Shown here: positions 26,001 through 37,966 of the stretch, one piece after another
Position numbering within the stretch: position 1 is the first letter of the stretch
Layout: every line of letters begins with the position of its first letter
Assembly: GCA_965645245.1 (NCBI GenBank)
Contig: OZ287080.1
Coordinates: 186,001-250,000 of the forward strand
DNA length: 64,000 nucleotides
Source of the DNA: Massalongia carnosa
Taxonomy: Eukaryota
Reading direction: 5' to 3'
The notes under the pieces: model-generated
Seen by the model: only the letters and a program-made list of their open reading frames with translations
Told to the model about the DNA's origin: nothing
The model's database searches: none
Made by a program: the position numbers and the translations under genes

Positions 26001-27623
26001 GGTCAGTGATCTTCCCTCCAAGCCCCAGGTTTGCAATATTTCATCCATACGATCTATCTGCTTCTTTGACAATTTGCGAGGCTGACCACGAGTCTCCGAT
26101 TTGTTTGTATGACCATGCTGTCGATTAGTTTCTTGATCGTTGAGTATTTCATAACCTCGAGTATGTCCCACGCCGAAAAACTCGAAAACCTCTCGCTTTG
26201 AACGCAAAATTCCTTTCGCCTGCAAAAATTCAATAGTACCCTGAACTTTCGCCTTGGTAGGAGTGGTATGCTCGGTATTTATAGTGATTCATGACTCTAG
26301 AACAGGCTCCATTGCTTATTAAGAATTGATAAATGTGTGTATGTACGATGTAAAAATTAAAAAACTAAGGAGTGGGTGGTGCGGGGAAATTTTGGTGTCC
26401 GCCTGTTTCTGTCACGCGCGTGCCAGGACATGTATCATGAAAAAAGATATCTTTCATACAATCAAATAGAAACGTAAAGCACTCAGCCGATTCAGAAGTT
26501 ATATAACAATAGGCCGCGGGGAGAGTCTGATTTGTGTTGGTGATGCCAACCAACACCGATAGAGGTAAGTTCAACTGATTTGTATTGAACGTAGCATCCA
26601 TTTCTGTCAAAAATCCACTGACAAATCATCTAGTCAGTCGGATCTGTTCAGCGTTATAGAAAAAGAAATGTTCAACAACACGTCTTCGGGGAGCATTGTT
26701 TTCAACGAGATATTTCTCCAAAGTCCGTACATGAAACCCTTCTTCTTCTAGAAATCCAAGTGCATAGGTAAACTCTTCTTCAGGTGTATTTTTGCCCTGG
26801 GATCGAGCTAGGTTGTAATAGTCCTTCTTCGAAAGGCGCAGGCCAGTCATACCCAAAACGCGAGATGCTTAACCGTATCTAGTTAATGCATCACGGAGAC
26901 TTTTTGCTTGATCTAGGGCAGTTGCTCGATCGAGGTCTTGGCTACGATGCTCTTTGAAACCGAAGGGGTCTGTAGCCATCTCGTGATTGTGATCAGGGTT
27001 GGTGATGATTAATCTCCACGATTTGTCTTTATTTTGCTTCAGTCTTGGTCGATATTTGCACTCGTTGAACGAGACCTTCGTGTTTTTTCGTACGCGGTCC
27101 TTCTCCTCTAGCTTTCTAGTGTTTCTTTCTCTTTTGTGATGCGGGTGCAATCTTAGTATAACGAGATGATTCTTCTTATCATTAGTCTCTGTGACCAATG
27201 CAAAGCCTTGAGTAAAGGCATAATTCTGAAGGCGGGTTTTTCCCTCCTCCCAGGAGATAAAGACTTCACTCTCACTCGGAGGAAGACGATGAGACGACGG
27301 TAAACTCGCTATAGCCCTTTGCAAACGTGCATCCAGGGACGTTGATGTGAGGGCCATAGCAAAGAAAAAGATAAGGGAGAGAAGAAGGGAGGTCTACCTA
27401 TCATAGTGATAAATTTATACAGTGGTTGGCTGCCTATACCTATAGTATTATTAATAATAGGAGCGGGTATGATTAATTGCCTAGGTATACAACGTTCTCA
27501 GCTAGAGGAAGAGACGTGAACGAGGTATATGCACCCAATTATTTAGTATGGGGAGGTGGCTTGTAGCAAGTCCTAATTTGGAATGATTTTCGCTGGGGGA
27601 CGGTGGTGGGACTGTCCCTTCTC
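23048..27623 (-). mobile_element. Mutator-like element (MULE) with about 120-bp imperfect TIRs, fragmented transposase
   Basis: TIRs near 23058-23180 and 27498-27618 (GGGACAGTCCC...GCTACAAGCCACCTCCCCATACTAAATA); MDATFNTNQLNLPL, VILGDFAAGL, LQLCTWHAAEAI, YGLPCRCW; no TSD found. Confidence 0.88.
25117..26423 (-). mobile_element. Tc1/IS630-like DD37E transposon inserted into the MULE transposase
   Basis: TIRs GCACGCGCGTGACAGAAACAGGCGGACACCAAAA at both ends; RVRFSDE...FVLEEDGDSGHG...DLSPIENCW; ATG at 26312 followed by an early TGA; splits the host reading DTCPG/PRVILGD. Confidence 0.93.
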
Positions 27624-28125
27624 GTTGCGGCAAGAGATAGATGGAAGCTACAAGGGCGTTTATAAATTGGCCTCCTTTGTGGCTGCTTGAAATCATCAAT
27701 GTTATTGATTACAATGATGGTTTTGAAAGAGGAAGAAGACGCGGATTTTGACGATTTCATCATTCCTGTTGATTAATAGATAAAAGGATTCTGTATTTTG
27801 ATGAGCAAAAAACCATCGCAATTGAAGGATTAGTAGAAAATGGAAAAGAGATGAAAAGAGGTTGTTGATATAATCGTCGGCTAGTCTCTCGCTTACCTCG
27901 TGCCGACTCGAGGCGTTCGCCTCTAGTCGGGGAAAGCAAAGTTCGTCTTTTCAACTTTTACACGCAAAAAATCAATCAAATAACGGTGGAAAATTTTTTC
28001 TACAAAGATCAAGCATGAAAAGTGTTATAATAGTAGTTATACTAATAATAACCCAACTGCTCCTGAACATCATCCTCGTCGACATCGTCGCCTACTTCCC
28101 CTTCCATTTCAAAGGCAACTAAGTC

Positions 28126-30054
28126 TTCTATGACCCTTATCGGTGCCGTTACCTTCGCTTGCGCTTGGGGGGGCTTTTAATTGGATGAATTGATTTGAAT
28201 GCTTGAATTTGATTGGGCATGGGAACGACACAGGTCAGCCCGGGCAGGCCTAGGCACGTGACTCGGGGTCGGTGCTGAGGTGAGAACCTCATCTTCTAGG
28301 CCCGAGGCGTCTGCTGACGCTCAACGATCCGACAGATGATGCCCGACGGCAGTGCCCGACGGCGATGATCTAGATGGAGGTGCCCGGCGGCGCTCCGGAT
28401 CGATGCCCTGGTTGACCTGTACGCCCAATGGAATGCCCAATTGAGTAGGGGTAGGAGTTTGTAGGATTCGTCTCGGCGACGACAGCACGTGGGACTGCCA
28501 GAGGGATGCCTTTTTGAAAACTGAGGTTCAAATTGAATAGTGAGGCCCGGGACGTCTGAAAGTATAGCTGAAACGCGTTTGATGACCATCTTCCAAGTCT
28601 CTGAATACTCTCATCCAGCATCCCGTAGTCGGCGGCGTGTTGTGCTGCTCCTTTTCTGAAGCTGTGTCCCGAGTATGCCGAGTCGTTGATGCCGGCGGCT
28701 ATCAGTCTCTTTTTCAGGGATGCTATGACGGAGGCTCTGGTGAATGCGGTGCCGAGACGAAAAAGCGGGGATGTAGATGGCTGAGGATCATTTCTGAAAA
28801 GATGCCGTAGTGCTGTCACGGGGCAAGTGCTCTCATTGGTCGCTGCCAGCACTATCTGAACTCCTGAGTGATTTGTGTCTGTTTTGCTTCTTTTGAGACG
28901 TAATGTCGCGTATTGATCGTTCTCGGCGAATGAGATGTCACCTCGTGTAGGTTTCAATCTCTGAAAAAGATGTCTTCTTACGATCGGCGACAGTGTAGGT
29001 GATTTCCCCGAGTCTGAGGAACCCTGCCCATGCAACTTTGAATGTCGCGTCGATGTTGAGGTCTTCGGCCGAATGAGCGGGAATACTGGTGATTTTTGTC
29101 AGTAATTCTTTTGAAATGGGTAGGCGTCTTCTTTTTGTCTGAGAAAAGATCCTTTTTCCCCCTTTCAGCATCAATTGAAGTCTCGGCCCCTCGAATGGGG
29201 TGAGGCCGTATCCTCGGTCTACATGGTATGATCTGAGGCCGGCGAGGTAGCTCGCTGCCGTCTCTGGTTTTATCTTTCCCTGCTTGGGTGTGCCGCCCCC
29301 GTATAGTCGACCGGCTAGCCATTCCTCGAGGGATTCGGTTGTTGCAGGCCACGACGTGCGTCCCGTCGTCGCGCAGAATGCCTCATATGAGTCGATCGCC
29401 GTCCCGTACCCTTTTCTCGTGTCCGCCGAGTGTCCGTGCCAGACGAGGCGTTTTACCAGGGCTGACCCTGGTGTGGAGGATAGGTAGGTGGAGGGAGGTT
29501 CATCGAATTGTATGGGTTCTAGGTCCTCGTCGTCATCGCCGACGACACGACTCGGCTTGCCAGCAGGAATGACGGCCGCTATTCGGGCGTCAGATTCTTG
29601 GCGCATGCAGTCGATTTCTAGCTGCATTTTTTCCACCTCCTTCTCGGCGACCAATGCCTTGGACTCGGCAATTCTAGCCTCAGCCTCGGCCGCCTTCGCT
29701 TCCGCCTCGGCTTTCTTCTTTTGTAGGGCGATGATTTGATTGGATTGGGCCTGCGTCAATCCGACAATCTACTGGGGGTCGGGGACTATGTCGTCCATCA
29801 AGGTGCTTTGGGAACGGGTGTTCGTCATTGGGAGGTAGGGGCACCGAGACAACGTGAGGTCGACGACGATTTCAGTGAGATTGGAAAAGCAGCAAGCACT
29901 GACAGCGAGGTAGGGGCACCGAGACAACGTGGGGTCGACGACGAGTCAGTGAGATGGATGAGGCCGAGTGAGAAGAAGTGGATGAGGAAAGAATTTTCAG
30001 AGGGTGATTCTCAATTTACTTTGACTCAGGGGCCTCACGTGACATAGAACCTTC
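28126..30054 (-). mobile_element. DIRS/Ngaro-like tyrosine-recombinase retroelement derivative lacking RT/RNase H
   Basis: AWAGFLRLGEIT, RLKRSKTD, CPVTAL, YSGHSFRKGAAQHA...IQRLGRWSSNAFQLY; coiled-coil gag-like N-terminus; interrupts the host transposase between IRQQN and EDLVAFEME. Confidence 0.82.
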
Positions 30055-30391
30055 TCATTTTGTTGACGAATAGAATCACCTTCACCTATAAATCGTAGAT
30101 TTTGATCACCTACAGTATCCATGATAAAGGTATTGTCTGTCTCTTCCTCTTCATCACTGAATATATGAGTATCTTTTACTCCTTTCTTCCTCTTTTTTTT
30201 GGTCTCTTCCGTCTGCCAAGTAATGTCGCTCGCCTTCCAAATGGCCTCAGGATCATCAATTGGAGTCAACATTTCATCAGATATGCTAACTCCCTGTTTT
30301 GCGAGGTCTTTAACATGTTTTATTCTGATATTTTCATTCTTTCGAGCGATAACACCTTCCGCGTGTACACTATCTCTTTTCATTCGCCATA

Positions 30392-30562
30392 TGTAACGGT
30401 TCGACCATGCGTGGTGCGGACGGCAGGACCTACAACGAACATAGCAGGAGTCCCAGTTATAGTAGAATAGAGCTTAGTCTGCGGACTAAGTATTGTGCCT
30501 TTTGGTCGGGAAGGACACGTGGCGCAATGGTAGAAATCTATTCACTATCTCGCTTCGTCATA
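30392..30562. mobile_element. Solo LTR (171 bp) with CCATA target-site duplication
   Basis: TGTAACG...CGTCATA flanked by CCATA at 30387-30391 and 30563-30567; the empty site is seen in the homologous element near 15001-15020. Confidence 0.85.
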
Positions 30563-32173
30563 CCATATTCTCATAAGTTGTTGTGCTCTCGTTTCTTTTC
30601 TATCTGCTCATCTTTTTGCTGTCTTTCAACAATTGCTCGTTGCGCATCCTCCTTCGTGAGTCCTAATCCTCCGTCTGTCGAGTAATTAGGTCTTAATCGC
30701 TTGCGAGAAGTTGCCCTCTGTAGTAATTCATTGCTTCTTCGCTCATGATGAAGTGACAGTTCGAATTTCGTAAGCGTCGATTTGGCAACAACTTCCTTCG
30801 TATTACTCACGAATTCCTCTAACTCCTGTTTCCGGACTGGATCACTCCATTCTGTATTATCGCGAATTTTGGGTAGCCATTCAAGTAATCCTCTTTTAAC
30901 ATCATCAAATGTTTTAGGTTGAACTCGTGGCAATTTTGGGAGAGATAATGTTGGAAAAGAAGAAGAATTATTCTCACTTTGCGAAGGTACAAACTTCTTT
31001 AGCTGTTCAGAGCATTTCTTCTCATTAATAGGCCACATTCCAGATTTTTCAAAGGCAGATTGAATAGTGGATTTCTTGAATGTGTTATCTCGTATTTTGG
31101 TGAGATCTTGACAAAATCGAGTTATTGTATACTCTATATTGAACTCCGCAATCGCATCTTGAATGGCCACATCATGCCAATATTTATAAGGTTGAAACAC
31201 TCCTACATTAAGCGGTTGCATACAATGCGTCAAGTGTGGTATTAAAGGATAAGGACGAATCCGGTTTTCATTGGCAAGCTTGATGAATTCAGGAGTAACA
31301 TGACTACCGTGATTATCCATGAGCATCAACTTCCAATCACTCTCAGATCCTGCATCAGAATTTTCAATGTAATGTTGCAGATATGCAATCGCTATTTTAT
31401 CCGATGTGAATCCATTTTCTGACGAAACAATTCGAGTTCCTTTAGGCAGTTCGTCTGCAAACCAATTGCTCATCATATCATAACCTTGTATGACAAGTAA
31501 AGGAGGTGGCGGATAATCACCGGCGGCGTTTATATTCTCGAAAATGGTGATAGATTTTCTATTCTCAGGACTAATGGAATAATACTCCTTTATATCTGTT
31601 GGGACCAAAATTTCATGTCCCTTTATGCAGCCAACTCGAAAACCAGCCTCATCAAAATTGATGATATTTCGTTTATTCTTGATATTCAGCTCTCGAAGAA
31701 CCACCCGATAATCAGCGAACCATGCTTTAACGTCCTTTACTTGTCCCGCCGTATAGCGAACGACTGCTAGCGGTTTAGTCTTAATCTTATGTAAATGGTT
31801 GGATTTCCACCATGTTCTAAACAATCGCTTAGTAGGACCTTTATAATCAGCATTCTGACTTCGCTTTAAACTCTTGATCGCGTTAAATATCAGTTCATGC
31901 GTCGGTTAAATACTATATGTAAGTAACAAGCGAATGAACTCATATATTGCTTTGATCTGATGCTTCTCCAATATCTTATTATGTCCTCCTCTCTTCTCGA
32001 CTTCATTCGACGCGCTGTTTTGAGCAAGTGAACTTTGTAAAGCGTGTGGTACGAGGAATGTCAAATATGCGAGCAGCGCATATCTTGCTTTCAAGTGGAT
32101 TTTCTATTAGAAACTGCTTAGTATCATTCAGACGCGTGACAGTATCATTATAATTCATGATGATGATCAATAA

Positions 32174-32662
32174 TATCACGGAGAAGGTCCAGATAGGGAG
32201 ATATGCAAGAGTTACTATTAGAAAGCTAGGTCTAGGGATAACATACAAGACGTCCGACGAATAGCTCCAAACACCTAAGAAACCATATAGGTTTTATAGC
32301 CATAGCTTCCAACTCCCCTATTCTTAAATTGCCCTCATCTCTGTTCCTGTTCTAATTTCCTAACCATGATCGCTTTGACCTGTTCCGCCTTTCTCCATGC
32401 CGAAGCAATCTCTCTCTGCTGGGCAATCCCAGTCGTAGGCTTGGATAGTGGAGACGTTGAGATTGGATTCGGGATATAGGAGTTTGGGAGTGCACTGAAG
32501 GCAGCGGAAGAACGTCTGATCACATGGGGTGAGGTTTCAGGATAGTTCGGAATAACGGGCCACGGTTCTATTCAACATGCCGGGCAGGTTTCACGGCAAG
32601 AGAGCCTGTTAAATACTAACCCGATCAGGAAACGTGGGAGGGTGCGAGGTAATTCCATGACA
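32174..32662. mobile_element. Solo LTR (489 bp) with AATAA target-site duplication
   Basis: TATCACGG...CCATGACA flanked by AATAA on both sides; second copy at 35198-37140. Confidence 0.88.
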
Positions 32663-34057
32663 AATAATATAGTTGTTGTAGTAAAAGGCGTCGTGTTGAT
32701 GAAATGGAAATAAAATTGCGAAAAGACGAACTTTGCTTTCCGCCGAACGTTGCTTTCCTCGACTTGAGGCGAACGGTAAGCGAGAGACTAGCCGACGATT
32801 AGTGGAAAGCGCCGATGACTTAGAAGACTATGATCGGTTGAGCGAAGCCAGTAATTTTTCTCATGTTTATTCTGGAAAAGACATCTAAAATAGAATAAAG
32901 AAGACTCGAGAATTGATCCTTTTTCACGAGTTATTTATATCTCAAACTCCATAATCCGTTCAGGTTAAGCGGTAAAACTAAGGAGTTCCGATGGCGGTTC
33001 CAATATTTTACTTGAAACACAGCATTTTCTCGAGGTAGTTTATCCTGGTGTCATGAGTTTTGATCACCGCGATTTTCAGTCTTTTTGTCATGGAAAGCCG
33101 TAAAATTGATGGTTTCAGAATAGACTCCAAGCCGTGGACGCTGTGGTCCTAAATCTCATAGTGGAAGGTTTGAGAACAGGTACATTGTCACCTTCCTGGA
33201 CTGCTGAAAGGCGTTGGCGATATGTCCTTGCTGCTGCTACTGCTGGAGAAACTTGAATGCCAAGAAAGCGCCCGCGTAAGGTTAAATAGCAATGTCGTAC
33301 TTTTTTTTGACACTTGTCCTGAAGTGGACCTTTTTCGAGGCAATGCTCTAATCAGCAATTGTGAGCTTCATAGCTGTATTTTTGGTTATGCATAACTTAC
33401 TAGGGTTGATACTTCGTATAGAAATCTTGAAACATACAAAGACTCGTTTTCTACTGAGCTGTCACTCCCCTGCCTCGCCATAAGGATCATAGTAATAACT
33501 TTTATCCAATAAATCTGATTGCAATTTGGCTTTCCAACTACAGCCTTCAATTATTATTTTATCGACATAAATCGAATCGCTTTAGCAGATCTTCTCGAGT
33601 TTCGAATCTAAGAGAATACTCACTAATGCCTCGAAGGAGGCGAGGTCAACGTTACAATGAAGAAGGTTTTATTTTAGCATACGAGTTTAGCCTTGGGTTT
33701 CATTTGGTCTTTCAATGCGTTATATGTTTTATCGTCTCGAAACGAAACAACGCTTGAATGAAAATTTTATTCTCAACGGTTTTTATCGCGTTTTTTGATT
33801 GTTTAAAATGCGGCGTTTTGCACCTATTCACCCTCCTGTCTTTCATTATCTATAGTTCGTTTTCTTCCTCTTTTACATTGTCTTCGAATTTTCCGATTCT
33901 GTATGAAACCCGTCTAGCGGCGTGGGATAACCTGTTGCTCTCCGAAGTCAAGACCTTCCTGTTTCGTAGGATTCCAAGGTACATGAATTTGTCCTCCATT
34001 AGAGTAGTCTTCACTAACCTAAAAATATCATCAACAAGACAGTGATTCTTTCAAACG

Positions 34058-34858
34058 ATGTTCTTCAATCACAACTATCATATCTTGGCTTTAATTCCGC
34101 TTATCTTAGCTGAGGTTGTCTTTAGCAGTATTTGGCATTACCCACCTCCTCTCTCGAATCTCACCTTCAACTACCTCGATGCTGTTTTGACTTTATGGTC
34201 TTCTAACTTGCTTACACCAAGCGTCCGCCTAAGATGCTCAGTGATATCGAGTGAGTTGTCTTCCGACCAGCAGGAAGGTTTGTCCCTCGAACGATGCCCT
34301 TTCATTATGATGGACCTAAAGTCTTTCAGTTTATCACAGAAACGTTTCCTCAACTGGAACCCTTAAGGTTCTCTTAGATCTTACTTACCGCGGCATGGAG
34401 CCACCTTACCTATGTATTTTCAAGCTCACAATTCCTACCAACTCTGATTCTGGAATGCCTTACATTGATGGCGCAAGCTTCAACGTTGAGAAGATTGATG
34501 ATAAGACTCGATAACATGGAAAGAAAACTTTACTGTAACTGCTTCGGCTCCACGCAACACTTCTTCTGGTCTCAGTACAAGTGCAAAAGCAGTCATAGGC
34601 GTAATTGGTGCCGTGGGAGTATTGGGATTTGCAACTGGCATATTTCTATTCGTAAAAGCTAGAAGCCGCCCAGGAGGAATACAAATAACTGGTTCTCAGA
34701 CGTCCATGAATTCGGTCATGCCAATGAACGTGGATATAGTACAAGAGATGATGGGAAACTTGGTATCGGCATTGTATGAAACAAGTGGAAGACGCTTGGA
34801 TCCTGAGCTGGGCGGAACTCCGATCGCGATTACTGCTTCAGTGGCAGAGATGTTGTAA
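34058..34858 (+). pseudogene. Decayed single-pass membrane protein gene
   Basis: Signal-like N-terminus (HILALIPLILAEVVFS) and later SSGLSTSAKAVIGVIGAVGVLGFATGIFLFVKARSR transmembrane segment; stops and frame breaks in between. Confidence 0.5.
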
Positions 34859-35197
34859 GAGAAAAGGCTTTCACGACAGAAGCCTGTCCTCGAGTTACAA
34901 TACACCCAAACAAATTTACTTTTATTAGTTCGGTTTTCTTTCGCGAATTATCTGTTTCTTTTCTTCTGTACAAATAAAATTGAATAAATATCATAAAGCA
35001 TAATCGTATCAAAATCGAATTGATATTATTGTTTGATTTTAAAATTGTAATCTAGTTTGATTTAGATTTTTGCTAATTATACAATATTAATTTGTTGTAT
35101 AATCAGATAAAAGTCGAGCATCAATAATAATTCAGACTAAGTACTTAATATCAAGAGATCTTTTTCTCATCTATTAAATTCATATGTCGACTGTTGT

Positions 35198-37140
35198 TGT
35201 CACGGACAAGGTCCAGATAGGGAGATATGCAAGAGTTACTACAGTCAGATCGGGTTATAAGAAACTCCAAAATCGTAGCATCTAGGTTTCTTATTAGGCG
35301 AGGTTTCTAATATCAAAATTCTTGGCATACTTTCAAGACTATACCTATCGACTACCTAATGACAAAGAAACCCGTCATTACAGCTTGCCTAGAGCTAATC
35401 GCCATTGAGGTCTTGATATCTCACTCTTTACGATTCAGACGACGTATCAAATCATCGTCACCGACCTCTCGTTGCTCCTCATATAACCGTAACGTTTCAA
35501 GAGCTCGTAGAGCGTCCTTGTTTTGAACAAGTGATACAATGACCTCCTTCTCCTCCGTCTCGTATTCCCTTTCATGGTCACCATATATAGCAACGATGTG
35601 ATCCTTCAAATCCTCTTCGTTATCCTCTTCGTTATCCTCTACCACCTCTTCAACAGGGTTCAGAAATTCGCCAATACGCATAGCGCTTTGTATATGACCA
35701 CGGTCTTCCAAACGCCGTATTGTAGCTTGTATCTGTAGTCGTTGCTCCGTTTCTTGCTCTTGTGCCCGAGTCTCATTGAGATAGCCATATTTCTCTGCCT
35801 CTTCTCGAGTCATTGGCCCATATTTTGCCCCGATTACACGAGATTTCAGTCAACCTTACGACTTACGTTGTCATTAAACCAGCGTAAATACTCCCGAAAT
35901 ATATCGTCCGACATCCAAGCTCTGCTGTTACTGCGTCATACCATATGCAGGTTACAAGCGTGAACACCCTGTGAACCAAAAGCACGCGGATTTTTGGCCG
36001 TCCCAATGAACCACATGAGAAGCTTGTGAGTTCCAGTAGCATTGCAACAGAAATTTGCAATAATTCTCGCTTTTTCCACCTTGCCACCTGAGAACTGTTC
36101 CGTAGCCAATGTAGTACTGAGTGTAGCCTTCCAAAATAACGCAGTTTCATCCATGTTGTAGATATCTTCCTGATCGTATGATAATAGCTGTACCCGTATT
36201 ACTTCTAGCTCTTCTTCAACCTCCACACGCTTGACGGAATAGAGCTCGCCGTGTTGTTTATGTTTTGTAATCTTGTATCTTCTTTTGAAAGAATCCAGCC
36301 ATCCAATAGAGAACCTGGGAGATGATTGATTACGATATAGAGGTAATCGTTTCCAAAATTTCAAGGCTATTTCTCTTAACAAATTGCCTGACAAAGGCGC
36401 TCTTTTGCGTTGCATGCGCTGTTGTCACTCAAATTAGGCCGTTTCTAATTCAGGCCAATGTGCAGTTCGAGTTTTCTTCAGATTCGGGCGTAGCAATGCG
36501 TGAGATGTATCCAGATGAGCCCATTTATGTGAGAGGATTTTGGAAACTTGTCCTTTGTCAATTTTATGACGGTAAAGATTGTCAAACCAAACGGTTAGTT
36601 TTTCGTATTTCTTGTCATCTCTAGATACAGCAGGATCTTGGTAACGCTGCCGTAATGCTCGTCGTTGGTCGTCGGTAAAGGCGCCACGCTTTTTTCTGCT
36701 TCTCTCTCTGGGAGAAAGCGGGGATGTAGGACGTTTTCAAGGATTTCGAGATGGAATCTCCGGATTTTGACTATTATATCTCAAAGAAGTCGAAGGAGAA
36801 GTCATATTTACTATAAGAATCCACCGCAAAATTTTTAGAGAAAGTTAAGAAACTTTCTAATAGAGCGAAGTTTCTTATCCCTCAACAGAAAAAAACCGGT
36901 CTTTTCGTCCGAGTTTCTTACTAGCCGAGCTTTCTTAATCAGCAGTTTCTTATAACCCAATCTGACTGTATTAGAAAGCTAGGTCTAGGGATAGTATACA
37001 AGACGTCCGACGAAGAGCTCCAAACACCTGAGAAACCACATAGGTTTTATAGCCATGCAGGGCAGGTTTCACGGCAAGAGAGCCTGTTAAATACTAACCC
37101 GATCAGGAAACATGGGAGAGTGCGAGGTAATTCCATGACA
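35198..37140. mobile_element. Solo LTR of the 32174 family, internally shortened and split by a pogo insertion
   Basis: TGTCACGG...GAGTTACTA [insertion] TATTAGAAAGCTAGG...CCATGACA matches 32174-32662. Confidence 0.88.
35242..36968 (-). mobile_element. pogo/Tigger-like DNA transposon, degenerate
   Basis: TIRs CAGTCAGAT(C/T)GGGTTATAAGAAACT, TA on both sides; FSIGWLDSFKRRY, IYNMDETALFWK, CCNATGTHKL. Confidence 0.92.
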
Positions 37141-37442
37141 TCTCCGTTCAACACTATGGGTCGACAATTGTCGATGAGAGTAACTTTTTCACATTGCTCT
37201 TCTTTCAGTGCAATCAAAGGCATGATTATCAACACTGACTTGCAAGGCGAAAACATCAAAGGAGCAGCTTGAAATAGTATGCTTTTTCCGAAGCCTGTTT
37301 TTGCTATCAAAATCAAATCCATCTTATCGCACAACAGATGATGAAGTGCATCTACCTGCGCCCTCTTTAGACGAAACCCGAAATAACGATCAATAACGCT
37401 CTCGATCTTCTCAAGAGTCAACGCCTGTATCGCGTTGTTCAT
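37141..37442 (-). pseudogene. 5' fragment of a RecQ-like DEAD/DEAH helicase
   Basis: DLILIAKTGFGKSILFQ (motif I) and IIMPLIALKEEQ (motif Ia); homology stops at the LTR edge. Confidence 0.8.
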
Positions 37443-37966
37443 ATTGATGTAATAGCGCTACAATCTTGATCGAGTTTCGAACTGTCAAAAAGCACGCTAG
37501 CAAGGACGACTAGATTTTCGAGTTCGGAGCCCTGAAGGACTACAATAACTTGATCCGTCAAGGCAATATGATTGATATAAGCGCCGACCGTTAATTTGAA
37601 GAGCAAGACTCAGTTTGATATTGTCGTGCTGTTGTCGGGATTTGAGAAACAATTTGAGTCGATGTTGCTCGACGAGGAAGATATTCGCGCGACGCATGCA
37701 GGGCGTTTAAATTTTAGGACATTCAATAAAGCATATCTGAAAGTAGCGGCGACAATGAAGTATTATATAACAATTACCATGTGTTGTCGTTGATCCTGTC
37801 CTGAACGTGAAAAACGATTTTTTATCTTAAGCACGAAATTTACATGTTGTTGAATAGGTCTATCACTATGGCTCTATGACTATGTAAAGATAGGGGCCTG
37901 TATGACCATGATGTTAAGGATGCAGAGTTGCTACGGAGTGCAGAGCAATCTGTTCCTTTTATGTTG

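Larger units (their letters stand above)
27871..32801 (-). mobile_element. Fot1/pogo-type DNA transposon with three nested insertions
   Basis: TIRs TAATCGTCGGCTAGTCTCTCGCTTACC including TA; transposase from about 32158 to 28042 with INFDEAGFRVG, LMLMDNHGSH, HCMQPLNVGVFQPYK. Confidence 0.92.

Noticed and set aside
32850..34050. Possible decayed minus-strand gene
   Set aside because: Coding-like patches but many stops and no identifiable domain
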